From an uncultured Nitrososphaerales archaeon (GTDB lineage: Archaea; Thermoproteota; Nitrososphaeria; Nitrososphaerales; Nitrososphaeraceae): 64,000 nt of DNA. The number at the start of each line of letters is the position of its first letter. The first letter of the stretch is position 1. The stretch is taken from positions 1 to 64,000 of the forward strand of contig CAVQMO010000002.1 of assembly GCA_963713605.1 (NCBI GenBank), read 5' to 3'. The position numbers were made by a program, and so were the translations under genes. The notes beneath the pieces are model-generated. The model was not told the origin of the DNA, made no database searches, and was given only the letters and a program-made list of their open reading frames with translations. Positions 22,574-33,021 of the stretch are shown here, one piece after another.

Positions 22574-22765
22574 CTATGATTCTAGTTCAGATGGATTAAT
22601 CCAATAAAAGTCAGCTGCACTATGACTTGATGTCTGATTGCATTTTGGACAGTTCTCCATCACACCTTCGCGGGACTCGTAGATTAGAGAATCTTCATCT
22701 GGAGTCTGTAACACCTTTGATTGGTATTCGAATCCACAATGCTTGCATGTAACCATTACCACCAT
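22574..22765 (-). CDS. Small Zn-ribbon protein (paralog of 23322-23531)
   Basis: CKHC...ENCPKC. Confidence 0.75.
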   Translation of the reverse strand: MVVMVTCKHCGFEYQSKVLQTPDEDSLIYESREGVMENCPKCNQTSSHSAADFYWINPSELES

Positions 22766-22848
22766 TTTGAGCTGCTCTAGCCGTTGGGTCTTATAATCAT
22801 TGTCTCGGTTAACAGCTCAAATAAAAGAATCTAATTAGAAGTGATACA

Positions 22849-23149
22849 ATGGCTATTTTGGCTATTTTCAAAGCAAATGGGATAACAAAAGAAATGTATG
22901 AAACAGAGAAAAGAAGTAGACTGGGAACACCAACAACCGGATAGAATAGTACTTCATGCTGCTGCATTTGATAACTCGGGCAGCAACTTTCGTGTAGCCG
23001 ATATCTGGGAATCAGAAGAGCATTTAAACAATTTTGTAAGTAGCAGACTACTCCTAGTTATGAAGAAAATTAATATGCCAATGCCGGGGGGAGATTTTCA
23101 AATCCATAATGTGAATGCACACCCAGGCATAGACAAGTATAAAGTATGA
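22849..23149 (+). pseudogene. Small dimeric alpha/beta-barrel (ABM-like) protein, frameshifted
   Basis: MAILAIFKANGITKEMYE from ATG 22849 joins RKEVDWE...VADIWESEE. Confidence 0.6.
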
Positions 23150-23321
23150 CTAGATGTGAGTCGGATCGTAACTGAGTCATTTTCAAGTCTTTTCGGCTAG
23201 TAGTTGCTTGCTATCAATAGCATTATGATATTTGTGATAGTCTACCAAGAATAGTCTCGCTATTGGCACACCATAACTTGAGAATTGCTCAGCAGCCGGC
23301 AAATATGTTTGACAAATGATG

Positions 23322-23531
23322 TTATTCCCAACGAAAATCAGCTCCGCTATAACTTGAGATCTGGTTGCACTTTGGACAATTCTCCATGATATCTTCGCGG
23401 GGCTCAGATTTGAGAGTGTCTTCATCTGGGGTTTGCAGCACTTCTGACTTGTATTCGTGTCCACAATTCTTGCATGTTACCATCACAACCATTGCAATAT
23501 GTTTGGCCGCAATCTTATTATCGCTTTTCAT
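23322..23531 (-). CDS. Small Zn-ribbon protein
   Basis: CKNC...ENCPKC; close paralog of 22574-22765. Confidence 0.75.
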   Translation of the reverse strand: MKSDNKIAAKHIAMVVMVTCKNCGHEYKSEVLQTPDEDTLKSEPREDIMENCPKCNQISSYSGADFRWE

Positions 23532-23647
23532 GAGCCGGTCAATTAATTCTTGTTATAAATTGTTATTAGTTATACGTGTCTAAAAGTCGTAGTGCGGAGT
23601 GGTAATAATTGCTTTTGCTGCTGTGGTTGACTCATTTATACAAAATT

Positions 23648-23908
23648 TTAATCAACATTCAATTTAGAAACTACATCTGCTCTAGCAAATCTATTTCCCA
23701 CAGAATCAATCTTAATCTTTATGTTTTTATCCCCAGATTTTACGTTTTTTACAAAAATTACAAAACCCTTGATTTTTGCGATACCATCTCCCGACTTACC
23801 TGTTCCAATTATATCTACTGTATATTCTTTGGCTACTTCTACAGGTTTCGAGAAACTATTGCTAGTTGGTGTTCCAGAACTTCCAGTACTTTGCTCGTCA
23901 CCACTCAT
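23648..23908 (-). CDS. Single TRAM-domain RNA-binding protein
   Basis: KPVE..KEYTVDI...GKSGDGIAKIKGFVIFV. Confidence 0.9.
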   Translation of the reverse strand: MSGDEQSTGSSGTPTSNSFSKPVEVAKEYTVDIIGTGKSGDGIAKIKGFVIFVKNVKSGDKNIKIKIDSVGNRFARADVVSKLNVD

Positions 23909-24085
23909 TGAAATCTAATAGAAGACTATGTATCATGATATATAACTAATGTATTCATCTTGACTGAATCGGTGCTTTGCAGTATTCTACACTAGATTTA
24001 CAGGTCTCATTAGGTACTAGTATGAGAATAGTTGTTAGATATCTGTTGATATAATGATTATATACTTTCATGGACATATTTTACG

Positions 24086-24343
24086 ATGCCGAAGAGCGAA
24101 GCAAATAGTATCAATAATCCATTGGGAGATTATTATGCGTCTCATAGAGCCCCTGCCATTATAAACAATAAATTAAAAATCGGAAGGGTCTTTGTGGCGT
24201 ACAAAGATAAACTGGTTATAATAGACGGTGAACTTAAAAAAGAACACGAATATTTAATTCCCAAGTCAAAAGTAGACCGCTAAGGAGAAAAAGAAGTCTA
24301 CCTTAATATCTCAATAAGTTCTTTGAAAGAATTTGAGATTTAG
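24086..24343 (+). pseudogene. PRC-like small protein, copy 2, with a nonsense codon at 24281-24283
   Basis: HEYLIPKSKVDR*GEKEVYLNISISSLKEFEI* continues in frame. Confidence 0.8.
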
Positions 24344-24448
24344 TTTTATTCCAGTTGAACGCTAGATTGGTATGTCTAGAACCAATGATACTAATAGATG
24401 GAACTAACAGCTAATTAAGTTAAATACTTTGTTGACTAGATTATAGCA

Positions 24449-24613
24449 ATGGTTCTCGGAACTATCGTGTACGTAATTATAGTTATTATTGCCATAATCA
24501 TTATAATATTGTTGCTAAAGTTTCTATTTCAACTATTCTTTGTAATACCGTTTGAACAAGACTATTCTGCCGATCTTATGTATGCTAAAGAAATTTTATT
24601 GCCGATGAACTAA
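24449..24613 (+). CDS. 54-aa membrane microprotein, copy 3
   Basis: MVLGTIVYVIIVIIAIIIIILLLKFLFQLFFVIPFEQDYSADLMYAKEILLPMN; GTTAAATACT at 24419-24428. Confidence 0.8.
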   Translation: MVLGTIVYVIIVIIAIIIIILLLKFLFQLFFVIPFEQDYSADLMYAKEILLPMN

Positions 24614-24775
24614 AATTTCTATTCCATAAAATTGAACTAAATCTTCTATTCCAAACTGCTTTTTTCTCATGTTAATACTTTTGAACGAATACTGATAATA
24701 ATGTAGACAAAAGTTCCGAATAGTTAAATATGCACTAATTAAATAGTATGTTACATTCCTAAAATAGGAAAAGAA

Positions 24776-25345
24776 ATGAAAAATATTAGGCAGCTTTTGT
24801 GGATATTCACTACATTAGGATTATCACTTATAGTAATCCTATCGTACAATGCAGGAGTTAATTCTTCTATTGCCCAACAGCTAAATGAGACTACCAACCA
24901 AACACAGATGCAAGATCAAGAAAATATGTCAGAGCCAGAGTTTCTTAAGAACAGTACCTCATTTGGAAATGCAACAGCTGATCTCAAAATAAAGCATGCA
25001 CCAGAATTCTCGACACTTACTATTCAACCCTGGCCTATAGTGGAACCAAGCAAAGAATTTAATATTACAGGAATTTTGGTCGATAAAATAACTTTGCAAC
25101 CCGTAGCTAATTCAGATGTATCATTTCTGTACGAGACTGCTTCCGAAGCAATCCCCCCATTTAGCTTAGAAACTATTGAAAAGCAGAATACTGATACTGG
25201 TGGCAAGTTTAATGCTAAAACAAGTGCACCGGATACACAGGGTATAGTCTCCGTTACTGCAGTCTATAATGGAAGCGGTCTTTATCATTCCGTGGCTTCA
25301 GATCCGGCATTGATAATAGTATCTAATACCACTCTTCCGCCATAG
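24776..25345 (+). CDS. Secreted Ig-like protein (paralog of 6481-7038)
   Basis: Long identical blocks shared with 6481-7038. Confidence 0.75.
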   Translation: MKNIRQLLWIFTTLGLSLIVILSYNAGVNSSIAQQLNETTNQTQMQDQENMSEPEFLKNSTSFGNATADLKIKHAPEFSTLTIQPWPIVEPSKEFNITGILVDKITLQPVANSDVSFLYETASEAIPPFSLETIEKQNTDTGGKFNAKTSAPDTQGIVSVTAVYNGSGLYHSVASDPALIIVSNTTLPP

Positions 25346-25585
25346 CTCTAGCCAAACTTAATTTAACTTTATTTTTTCAGACCATACCGTGCATAGATCA
25401 GTGTATCACGACACTATCATTGATCGTAGTTAAGCTTCAATAATTGGGACTCTATCAGATTAGGGCGACGTTGTATAAACACTACAATACTGTGTAAATA
25501 GGTAATATTCATCATCTAGATGACGGAGCAAGTAATCACACAAAATATATGAAGTATTATATCCTTTATTGTTCTTATTTTTGTA

Positions 25586-26404
25586 GTGCACTATGTCTTT
25601 TTGAGCCATGATGTTGATTGGTCATTCCAAGGACCGGGCAGAAATCACATTCTGGCAAGAAGAGATAGATTTGATCAAGAAACAATTAGGGATATCGATA
25701 TACAAAATCCATATAATAATATTAATGACTATATTACTATCGAGGAAAAATTTGGGGCAAGATCTACTTTCTTCTTCAGGACTAATTATGAGAATGGCAA
25801 ATTAGTTGATTATGAACAGGATATTCAGGCCTTATTAAAAGGCGGATGGGAAATAGGATTGCACTGTGATCAAGCTTCAGTAGATAATTTCGATAGCATG
25901 TACCAAGAGAAAAAGGAACTGGAATACCTTACGAAAAAAACAGTAAAAGCTAACCGTTCCCACTATCTAGCTTTTAGCGAAAGGCTACCAATTATTCTTA
26001 ATGAATTAGGATTCATCTACGATTCTTCTGTAGTAGAATCAAAAAATAGGGTAAGTAATAACACCGGGAGATATTTTTTGCTAAATAATGTTATCGAATT
26101 TCCCATTACAATAATGGATGCATATTTGTTTACTTATATGCATATATCGGAAGACAAAATCATCAATACTTTCATGTATGCATTGGATTGTGCGAGAAAA
26201 TACCATAAGATTTTTAATATGATAACCATCGACTGGCACACAAATGTTCTAAAGATGAAAGGAGGAAGAAAATACAAAGATATACTCGAATACCTATCTT
26301 CTCAAGAGGATGTCAAGCTTGTCAATGGAATAGAATTAGCCAAGATAGTTAATTTTAATTCAAGAAAAGTAGCAGGCGCTAACCCTTTATCATTGGAAGC
26401 ATAA
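25586..26404 (+). CDS. Polysaccharide deacetylase family protein
   Basis: SHDVD, STFFF, EIGLH, R.HYL, YDSS motifs. Confidence 0.85.
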   Translation: MHYVFLSHDVDWSFQGPGRNHILARRDRFDQETIRDIDIQNPYNNINDYITIEEKFGARSTFFFRTNYENGKLVDYEQDIQALLKGGWEIGLHCDQASVDNFDSMYQEKKELEYLTKKTVKANRSHYLAFSERLPIILNELGFIYDSSVVESKNRVSNNTGRYFLLNNVIEFPITIMDAYLFTYMHISEDKIINTFMYALDCARKYHKIFNMITIDWHTNVLKMKGGRKYKDILEYLSSQEDVKLVNGIELAKIVNFNSRKVAGANPLSLEA

Positions 26405-26442
26405 GTTGAAGCTTTTAAGTATGCAACTCTCTTAGAACGGCC

Positions 26443-27111
26443 ATGAAGAAAGTTGTTATTTTTGGTACTGGAGGCTTTGCACAGATTGTATATCTTTATT
26501 TGAAAAAAATTGATCCATCCAAATTACAAGTGGTTGCTTTTTCAGCTAGTGAATCGGCCATTAAAGAAAAAATACTATGTGGTCTGCCTGTTGAGCCTTT
26601 TGAGCATATAGAGAGAAGATATCCGTGTGAAGAATATGATATGTTCATAGCTGTCGGATATTCGGATATGAATAGGAAGAGGGCAAGGTTCTTTGAAGAG
26701 GCAAAAGATAAAGGGTATAATTTGATGAGCTATATTCATCCCAGTACAATTATAAACGATGAATTTGAGATAGGTGAGAATTGTTTTATCTTTGAAAATA
26801 ATGTTATTCAGCCATTTGTTAAGCTAGAAGATGATGTGATAATTTGGACAGGGAATGTTATAAGTCATCATACAACAATAATGAAGCATTGTTTCATAGT
26901 TTCGCATACAGCTATAGCCGGAAATACGACAATAGGGCCATACTGTTTCATAGGGATGAACGCAACTATTAGAAATAGCGTTAAAATCGCTAGAGAGTGT
27001 GTAATTGGTGCTGGCTCCGTTATCTTACACGATACAAATGAAAAAGAGGTGTATGCAGCTCATTCAACCGTCAAGCTAGAAGTTACGAGTAATCAGTTGC
27101 GAAATTTATGA
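26443..27111 (+). CDS. Sugar acetyltransferase, NeuD/PglD family
   Basis: VVIFGTGG, FIAVG..N..R, hexapeptide repeats. Confidence 0.9.
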   Translation: MKKVVIFGTGGFAQIVYLYLKKIDPSKLQVVAFSASESAIKEKILCGLPVEPFEHIERRYPCEEYDMFIAVGYSDMNRKRARFFEEAKDKGYNLMSYIHPSTIINDEFEIGENCFIFENNVIQPFVKLEDDVIIWTGNVISHHTTIMKHCFIVSHTAIAGNTTIGPYCFIGMNATIRNSVKIARECVIGAGSVILHDTNEKEVYAAHSTVKLEVTSNQLRNL

Positions 27112-27270
27112 CGTGGATGGTATTTCTTAATTGTGGTTTGTAGATTGTTCATTATATCGAATCTTAAGCATAATTGAGGATCCTTTTTGATATCGATGAC
27201 ATCACGATGTTAACTCTACAATATTCTACGTTTCAAAGTACTTGATAATAATAGCAAATTCAAGTCAAAA

Positions 27271-27543
27271 TCAAATCCTCTGCTTCTTGAGATTGGATCC
27301 TACTAAGAAGGTGTAGTTGGTGATTATATTTCGGTCTGGACTGTCTCTTGCGAGATATTTATCCAGTCTGTCAGCCATTTTTTCATATTCAAAAATAATT
27401 CCCTTTAACATGTGCTCAGCGCCATAGTTTAGGCATAGATTGGTTGGTATACTGGGATTGAATAGAAACGACATACTCCCACTAACATTAGATATCACTG
27501 TTAAACCATTAGTAATGACGGTATAGTTCTGCTTCTCTGCCAT
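27271..27543 (-). pseudogene. Chimeric ORF ending in a Dps/ferritin-like C-terminal fragment
   Basis: NYGAEHMLKGIIFEYEKMADRLDKYL matches the C-half of 22113-22523. Confidence 0.6.
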
Positions 27544-27898
27544 AATTTAAACACTGTCTTGATGGTTTTGACTTCATTATGGATGGAGCAACAGAACCAT
27601 GAATTACTCCCGTTCCATGAATAGGTTTACCATCTGGTTGAGCAAGTTCATCAATTTGTATTTCATATCGATATCTGACCGCAACATAAGGATCATTATC
27701 GGGATTTGGGAATCTGATAGACTCCTGAGTTGTCTTCGTTCCTAGATAATTTTCATTCCAGTTCCAAAATAAATTTTTTGAATTTTCTTTTACAATACCA
27801 TAGTAAACCCATTCCTCCTTGTGTTTGGAGTACATTCCCTCTTTGAAGTATTGTAAAGCTACTCTCCAGCCATCTTCTAGCCATCCAATGTTTCTCAA
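27509..27898 (-). CDS. Hypothetical protein
   Basis: ORF with AT-rich TATA-like upstream region; no recognised motif. Confidence 0.45.
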   Translation of the reverse strand: MRNIGWLEDGWRVALQYFKEGMYSKHKEEWVYYGIVKENSKNLFWNWNENYLGTKTTQESIRFPNPDNDPYVAVRYRYEIQIDELAQPDGKPIHGTGVIHGSVAPSIMKSKPSRQCLNYGREAELYRHY

Positions 27899-27948
27899 AT
27901 AGATTTAATAATATATATAATTAATGATTGGCACAAACTCAAGATTAG

Positions 27949-28278
27949 TTAGAAATATTTCCTCAGTATCTCATCCAATTGCTCATGAAACTTTCTGTAA
28001 AGTTCTGTATTCTCTTTCTCGTCAACACTCACTTTCCCTATCTTTTCGACATTTCCTATTGCTTTGTCAAGCTCTGATAAACCGATAGTACATTTTGCTA
28101 GTCTGTTTGCCAAAAAGAAGACGGAGGAAAGTACATAATTAACTTTATCTGCCTCCAATTCAATACTTTTCGAAGGGGGAATGACATTATCAAGACAGTT
28201 TCTAAGGTGTTGTGTGCACTCCTCTAGGCAATCACTATTCCCATTGCATTTAGCTGCTGCCACTGCTCCAATCCTCAA
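27949..28278 (-). CDS. Hypothetical protein, possibly truncated
   Basis: Helical Cys-containing ORF. Confidence 0.45.
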   Translation of the reverse strand: MRIGAVAAAKCNGNSDCLEECTQHLRNCLDNVIPPSKSIELEADKVNYVLSSVFFLANRLAKCTIGLSELDKAIGNVEKIGKVSVDEKENTELYRKFHEQLDEILRKYF

Positions 28279-28451
28279 GACATTTAATGATATCTACTGA
28301 AAACTCGGTCAAGTCATCCATGGTTAGGCCGTAAGAAATAAAATAGTTGCCACAATTTAGAAAAAAACTAAAGTTAAATTTAGATGGAAACTCGGTGAGA
28401 ATGGTTTCTAGTGGAAGAATTAGAAAATGAATTCAAAGTCAAGGTTAATAA

Positions 28452-29012
28452 TTAGCGATTTTCTTTTTGTAATTGCTGTTCAAGCTTGATAATAACAGCA
28501 TTCTCGGTAACGTCACAAGATGATTTGGCTTCAAACGCTACTTCCAAAAGGTATCTTGAGATTTCCTTAATTAAATACGAATATTTTATGCCCATATCGT
28601 GCTCAATGATAACCTTACAACCATCCCCATTAATCTCACATCTATATGGCATCTGGGATATTCTTAACCAAGTTTCTGTAATATTTGAGAGTGAAGCAAT
28701 TGTAAACCCTCCCCGTAGAAACAAACTTATATCAACAAGATCATTTTTGGCTGTATCCCTAGCCAGGTCACTTATTTCTTCTTCTGTAAGTTCATTAATT
28801 AACCTAATCAAAAATGATTTTGGTAAGTAGTATAGCCTGGCATGTGCAGCTCTACTGTGCCAATCTAGATGTGCTTTAACTATTTGGCTAACTAAGGTGT
28901 TAGGAGTGACATTTTTAGCTTCAGATACACTACGTAATTGATTTAACCTTTCTTTTGATAGCCGGAAGGTAGCACAAGTAGTTGGCGGCTTTGGAATCTC
29001 AACTGACTTCAA
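28452..29012 (-). CDS. RHH plus putative V4R-like regulator, copy 2
   Basis: Close paralog of 14617-15162 and 46741-47286; TTG start. Confidence 0.8.
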   Translation of the reverse strand: MKSVEIPKPPTTCATFRLSKERLNQLRSVSEAKNVTPNTLVSQIVKAHLDWHSRAAHARLYYLPKSFLIRLINELTEEEISDLARDTAKNDLVDISLFLRGGFTIASLSNITETWLRISQMPYRCEINGDGCKVIIEHDMGIKYSYLIKEISRYLLEVAFEAKSSCDVTENAVIIKLEQQLQKENR

Positions 29013-29087
29013 AGCAAATAGAGTACGCTTATGCCATATTTAAATTTAAATTTTTGAATTGCACTAATGGACATCTTAATTACGGAT

Positions 29088-29481
29088 TTAAGAGTTTAGC
29101 TTGGCGTGAATCAGCATATTTATCTTGCTTAGAAGTGTTTCTCCACCTACTGGTTTTATTATAAAGTCATCTGCTCCATACTCTAAGATTATATTTTTTG
29201 GACTATCATTAATTGCTACAACCAGGATTTTTATATCTTTGTTGAGTTGTTTTATTCTAGATACAACCATCGCTCCTTTATCTTCAGCTATTTTTCCATC
29301 CATCAAGACTGCATCGATATTGCTAGGGTCAAATTGCTCTAAAAATCTTAGACATTCACTGGCGCTAAATGCCATATTGACTTCATAACCAGACAACTTA
29401 AAGAGGGCGTATAGGTAGTTTACTACTATCTTGTCTTCGTCTACTATTAGGTACTAAAGGCATGCTAACTCTAGTAATCAT
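29088..29481 (-). pseudogene. Response regulator receiver, frameshifted at the N-terminus
   Basis: IVDED...DAVLMD...GADDFIIKP; ATG 29481/29463 lie in a shifted frame. Confidence 0.8.
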
Positions 29482-29511
29482 ATGTAGCAGTTTCCTGCTA
29501 TATTAAGGAGA

Positions 29512-29650
29512 TAGCTATCTATTTTGAATAAAAGTATTATTTTAACCCATTTCTTAGCTATTTGGTTAGCTTACCACATAATAGCTATCTTGAATAAAAC
29601 CTATTATTTTTACCCATTTCTTAGCTATTTGGTTAGCCCATCACAAATAA
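29512..29650. repeat. Tandem ~69-bp duplication in the region upstream of the receiver gene
   Basis: atagctatct..ttgaataaaa..tattatttt.acccatttcttagctatttggttagc occurs twice. Confidence 0.85.
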
Positions 29651-29729
29651 ATTTAATCCTTAACTAAATAAAATAATCTGATAATAGTGTCAGGCGTCTA
29701 AAATTTTGGATGGTATTTTGATGTTTTGT

Positions 29730-30404
29730 TTACAAACACGGAATAGAGATAGATTTATTATTAGAAGCTTTATTGTACTGATTGAGATCCTCTTTTATCT
29801 TATATCGTCTAAAATGTAACTTGAGCAAATATTCCTTTTGGTCAGTTTGCTTAAGAATATCGAAATCCTTGATTGGATAAAGACACAATATCTTGACATT
29901 TAGATCTAGTTTAGCCGGTAGGGACTCCTCATATTCCATTAGTAAATCTATTCCTTTATGACTGCTAATTCGATGAGGATAATAATGAAAACCTACATCC
30001 AAAAGGACCAATATCCCCCGTTTGTTTCTTATGGATGCATTTGCATTCATAAGTTTCAAATAAAATAGGAAATCTTTTGCAGATCCAAAATAATCTTTGG
30101 CAGAATCAACTATTAGTAGAGATCTTTCTTTTTTCTCATAATTGTATACGTCAATACCCAATTTTCTTAGATATGTTAAAACATTATCTCTAATTTCATT
30201 ATGCAAAAGCATAATGACTGCTTCATTATTTTCAAGAGCCATTTTACAAGCTCGAGAGTTTACCTCTCGAAGGGCATTTCGATCCGGATAAATCAATATA
30301 TCATGTTCTCCAAAATTTGACTGCTTCTTGAATTTATCTAATACCTCCAAAACGGAGCCTTCTTCTATACTTAACATTCCATTCCCATTATCTATGGGAC
30401 TCAT
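29730..30404 (-). CDS. MEDS-like sensory domain protein
   Basis: EHDILIYPD, ALENNEAV, LLMEYE, ILCLY pattern. Confidence 0.7.
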   Translation of the reverse strand: MSPIDNGNGMLSIEEGSVLEVLDKFKKQSNFGEHDILIYPDRNALREVNSRACKMALENNEAVIMLLHNEIRDNVLTYLRKLGIDVYNYEKKERSLLIVDSAKDYFGSAKDFLFYLKLMNANASIRNKRGILVLLDVGFHYYPHRISSHKGIDLLMEYEESLPAKLDLNVKILCLYPIKDFDILKQTDQKEYLLKLHFRRYKIKEDLNQYNKASNNKSISIPCL

Positions 30405-30780
30405 GAGAGCGACAATTTTTATGCAATATTACTTTTAAGATTATACATTCCATTTCATTCAGCCTTTGAAAGCTAGTCTTATAGGCATATTTGTAATGTT
30501 ATTGGTATTCACTCGTTTACTGATACACTTATCCCTATCTGTTGTTCTACGCTACAAGCCTTTATTTATTGGACTATTAAAGAATCATGGTACAACTTAG
30601 AGGATTACTCTACACCTTCGAAGATATTACAGCAAGCTAATGATCTGCTCAATAGTATTGATATTCATATTTAGTGTGTTTTAAACAGTTTTGTAGGCTA
30701 ATCCATATCTAACATCAATATAATGCTTTTATTCAATATTGCATATAATCATTTGGCGCTATCCGATCCCAACGCAATGA

Positions 30781-30824
30781 GATCAGGTTGGTGGGCCAGC
30801 TCGACAGTTCCACCAATTTTGATC
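30781..30824 (-). repeat. Inverted-repeat element, full copy in reverse orientation
   Basis: Reverse strand gatcaaaattggtgg-N-ccaccaacctgatc; its downstream flank also resembles 58755-58818. Confidence 0.75.
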
Positions 30825-30985
30825 TTTTTATTTTGTCCATAAATTAAATTGACAATTTTTGACCCAACCGTTTATGATAACAAACCATTCTATTTGGTAA
30901 CAAAGAAATTGTATATCTTACAACGGTGGGTAGGCACGGTAAATGAGTATTCAGCTTATTCATTAACTGGCTTAGAACTGACAAG

Positions 30986-31204
30986 TTGAGAGTTGCAGAT
31001 AACCAAATTGTCGAAAAGATTCCAGAAGATTTCGACGATGACGTCCGGCTTATCCAACATGTCAGAGCAGGTGAAGAGATAGCCAAGGTTGGAATGACCG
31101 GGTATACATATCTGCCACATCTTCACTTTCAGGTTTTTGTTGCTACTGGAATGAATATGTGGACAGACTTCGATACTTTGGAAGTTCAAGATTTTGAGCT
31201 CTGA
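30986..31204 (+). pseudogene. M23 peptidase C-terminal fragment
   Basis: VRAGEEIAKVGMTGYTYLPHLHFQV. Confidence 0.8.
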
Positions 31205-31290
31205 ACAGGTTGCGTTACTAGATGAGCACAGAACAAAAATAATTAATTCATCTAGTTGTATCTAACTAGATGGCTAGCTGACAGACAGTT

Positions 31291-31926
31291 CTATGTGTAA
31301 ACTTCTCTTTGTCTATTACTAACTGAAAACTCTGCAGCTGTTTCTCTTGCTGTATTTTCAAAAGCTCTTGCTGTGTTTATATTGATTCTTGAAAGCTCTT
31401 GTGTATGTTGTTGTGCTCGTTCGAATTCGTTTCTCCAAGCATCAATGCTTCCAAATAAGATTTCATTATTTATTCTTGCTGTTGCTGAGATATTTTCGAT
31501 AATATTGCTGACAGATTTGGCCCACAACTCCGCTGGGACCCTCAGAGAAAACCAATAGCTGTACATTCGATAAGTGTTCTCGTAGTATGGGGCTACAGAG
31601 CTAAAGACGGAATCCATTACGGACTTTTGAGTATTTATGTAGTCTTCTGCCATTTTTCCGGATGATTCTAATGCTTGTTCTTGATAATTCTTGACAACAT
31701 TAGTATATTTTGGAATTTGAGCTCTCGCTTCATCGATTGATTTTCTTACATTTACTTTTGTTTCATCTAATGATCTACGATATGTTTGTTGGATTTCTTG
31801 TGCTGCCGCTTGCTGACCAACTTCTTGCAGAGTTTCAGCTGCTTCTATTTTGTCTTCTACACTCTTAGCTTGTTCGGCGACTTTCTTGGTATCATCAATA
31901 GCTTTCTCTTGTTCTCTCTTTGACAT
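31291..31926 (-). CDS. Helical, phasin-like hypothetical protein
   Basis: Amphipathic helical composition; TATA box upstream. Confidence 0.6.
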   Translation of the reverse strand: MSKREQEKAIDDTKKVAEQAKSVEDKIEAAETLQEVGQQAAAQEIQQTYRRSLDETKVNVRKSIDEARAQIPKYTNVVKNYQEQALESSGKMAEDYINTQKSVMDSVFSSVAPYYENTYRMYSYWFSLRVPAELWAKSVSNIIENISATARINNEILFGSIDAWRNEFERAQQHTQELSRININTARAFENTARETAAEFSVSNRQREVYT

Positions 31927-32025
31927 GGTAGTACTCTATCAACATATTATATAATTGTCTCCGGCGAATATAGAACCTATCTTACCGCTATTTATAATAA
32001 GATGAATAAAATTGGCTAGTAAGAA

Positions 32026-32274
32026 ATGGCTAAGTTAAAGAAAGATGCTGAAAACGTTGGGGACGAAATAAAAAGAGTTGCAGAGTATATTGGACATGAG
32101 ATTAAAGAAAATACAGAATTAGCCGAACACGATACATTGAAAGAGGTATTCGAAAAACATATAGATATTGCTCGGGTATCCAAAGAAGCAGGAAATTATG
32201 AACAACTGGTAGAATCCTATATCCGCGCTAGTGCCGCTGCAACGTTTTTGGAGTTAATAAAAAAGAAAGACTAG
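32026..32274 (+). CDS. Hypothetical helical protein
   Basis: ORF with TTTATAA upstream. Confidence 0.55.
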   Translation: MAKLKKDAENVGDEIKRVAEYIGHEIKENTELAEHDTLKEVFEKHIDIARVSKEAGNYEQLVESYIRASAAATFLELIKKKD

Positions 32275-32304
32275 TCTTTCTTACGCCAAAAATATATTCT
32301 ACTC

Positions 32305-32565
32305 CTCATCAGAGAATAATCTTTGCTTCCGTTTATGTGAAGGCACTTGCACTTTGTAAAGCAACTTAAACAGATAGTAGAGCTAATGCAAAAACCTTTC
32401 TCTTTGAGCCAACTAGTCGACACAGTAGAAGATAAAGGAATATATGAAGAGCTCAAGAGTCTGAACATAGACGTTAATCGTATTAGGGCTGCGGAACCAA
32501 CTCATGAACTAGTTATTGATTTACTTGAAAGATTAAAGAAGATACAGAAATACAGGACATTTTGA
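32305..32565 (+). pseudogene. 3' fragment duplicate of response regulator 49409-50026
   Basis: VKQLKQIVELMQKPFS...KKIQKYRTF. Confidence 0.85.
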
Positions 32566-32648
32566 TTTTATGCCAATATACCCCATTCAGTTTCGATATG
32601 CAAAATCTACCTATCATAAGTAACGAGTAAAATCAAAAATTGGTTAGT

Positions 32649-32702
32649 TTATTCTTCTTATTCTTCTTATTCTTCTTATTCTTCTTATTCTTCTTATTCT
32701 TT
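32649..32702. repeat. 9-bp tandem repeat (TTATTCTTC)n, 5-6 units
   Basis: Directly visible in the sequence. Confidence 0.9.
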
Positions 32703-32754
32703 TCTGTCTTCCGATTTTATTTTTAACTCATCGGCTTCAAATCCTTGTCCCTGA

Positions 32755-32888
32755 AATTTCTTCACTAGCTGAGACAATATCTAATACGTCACTAACGTTC
32801 TGGAGTAGGGATTTAATCTAATTCTTTGGCTTGGGAAAGTATGGGAATAGATATGTTTAGAAATACCTATACTGCAAAAACAAGACAT
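32755..32888. repeat. ~135-bp dispersed repeat (inverted copy at ~58211-58345)
   Basis: ctagctgagacaatatctaatacgtca...gaatagatatgtttagaaatacctatactgcaaaaac. Confidence 0.85.
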
Positions 32889-33021
32889 AGGAATAATTCA
32901 ATAACCTAATATCGGCATATTCGACAGATGATCAAAGCTCTTTACTCTCAAAATAGATAATACGGTTTAATATAATTATAATATAAAGACACCAGAAAAG
33001 AGGGGGAGTTCTTGGACGTTT

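Noticed and set aside
32649..32702. 9-bp tandem repeat as a phase-variation switch
   Set aside because: Unit length is a multiple of 3 and the repeat is not within a supported gene or promoter
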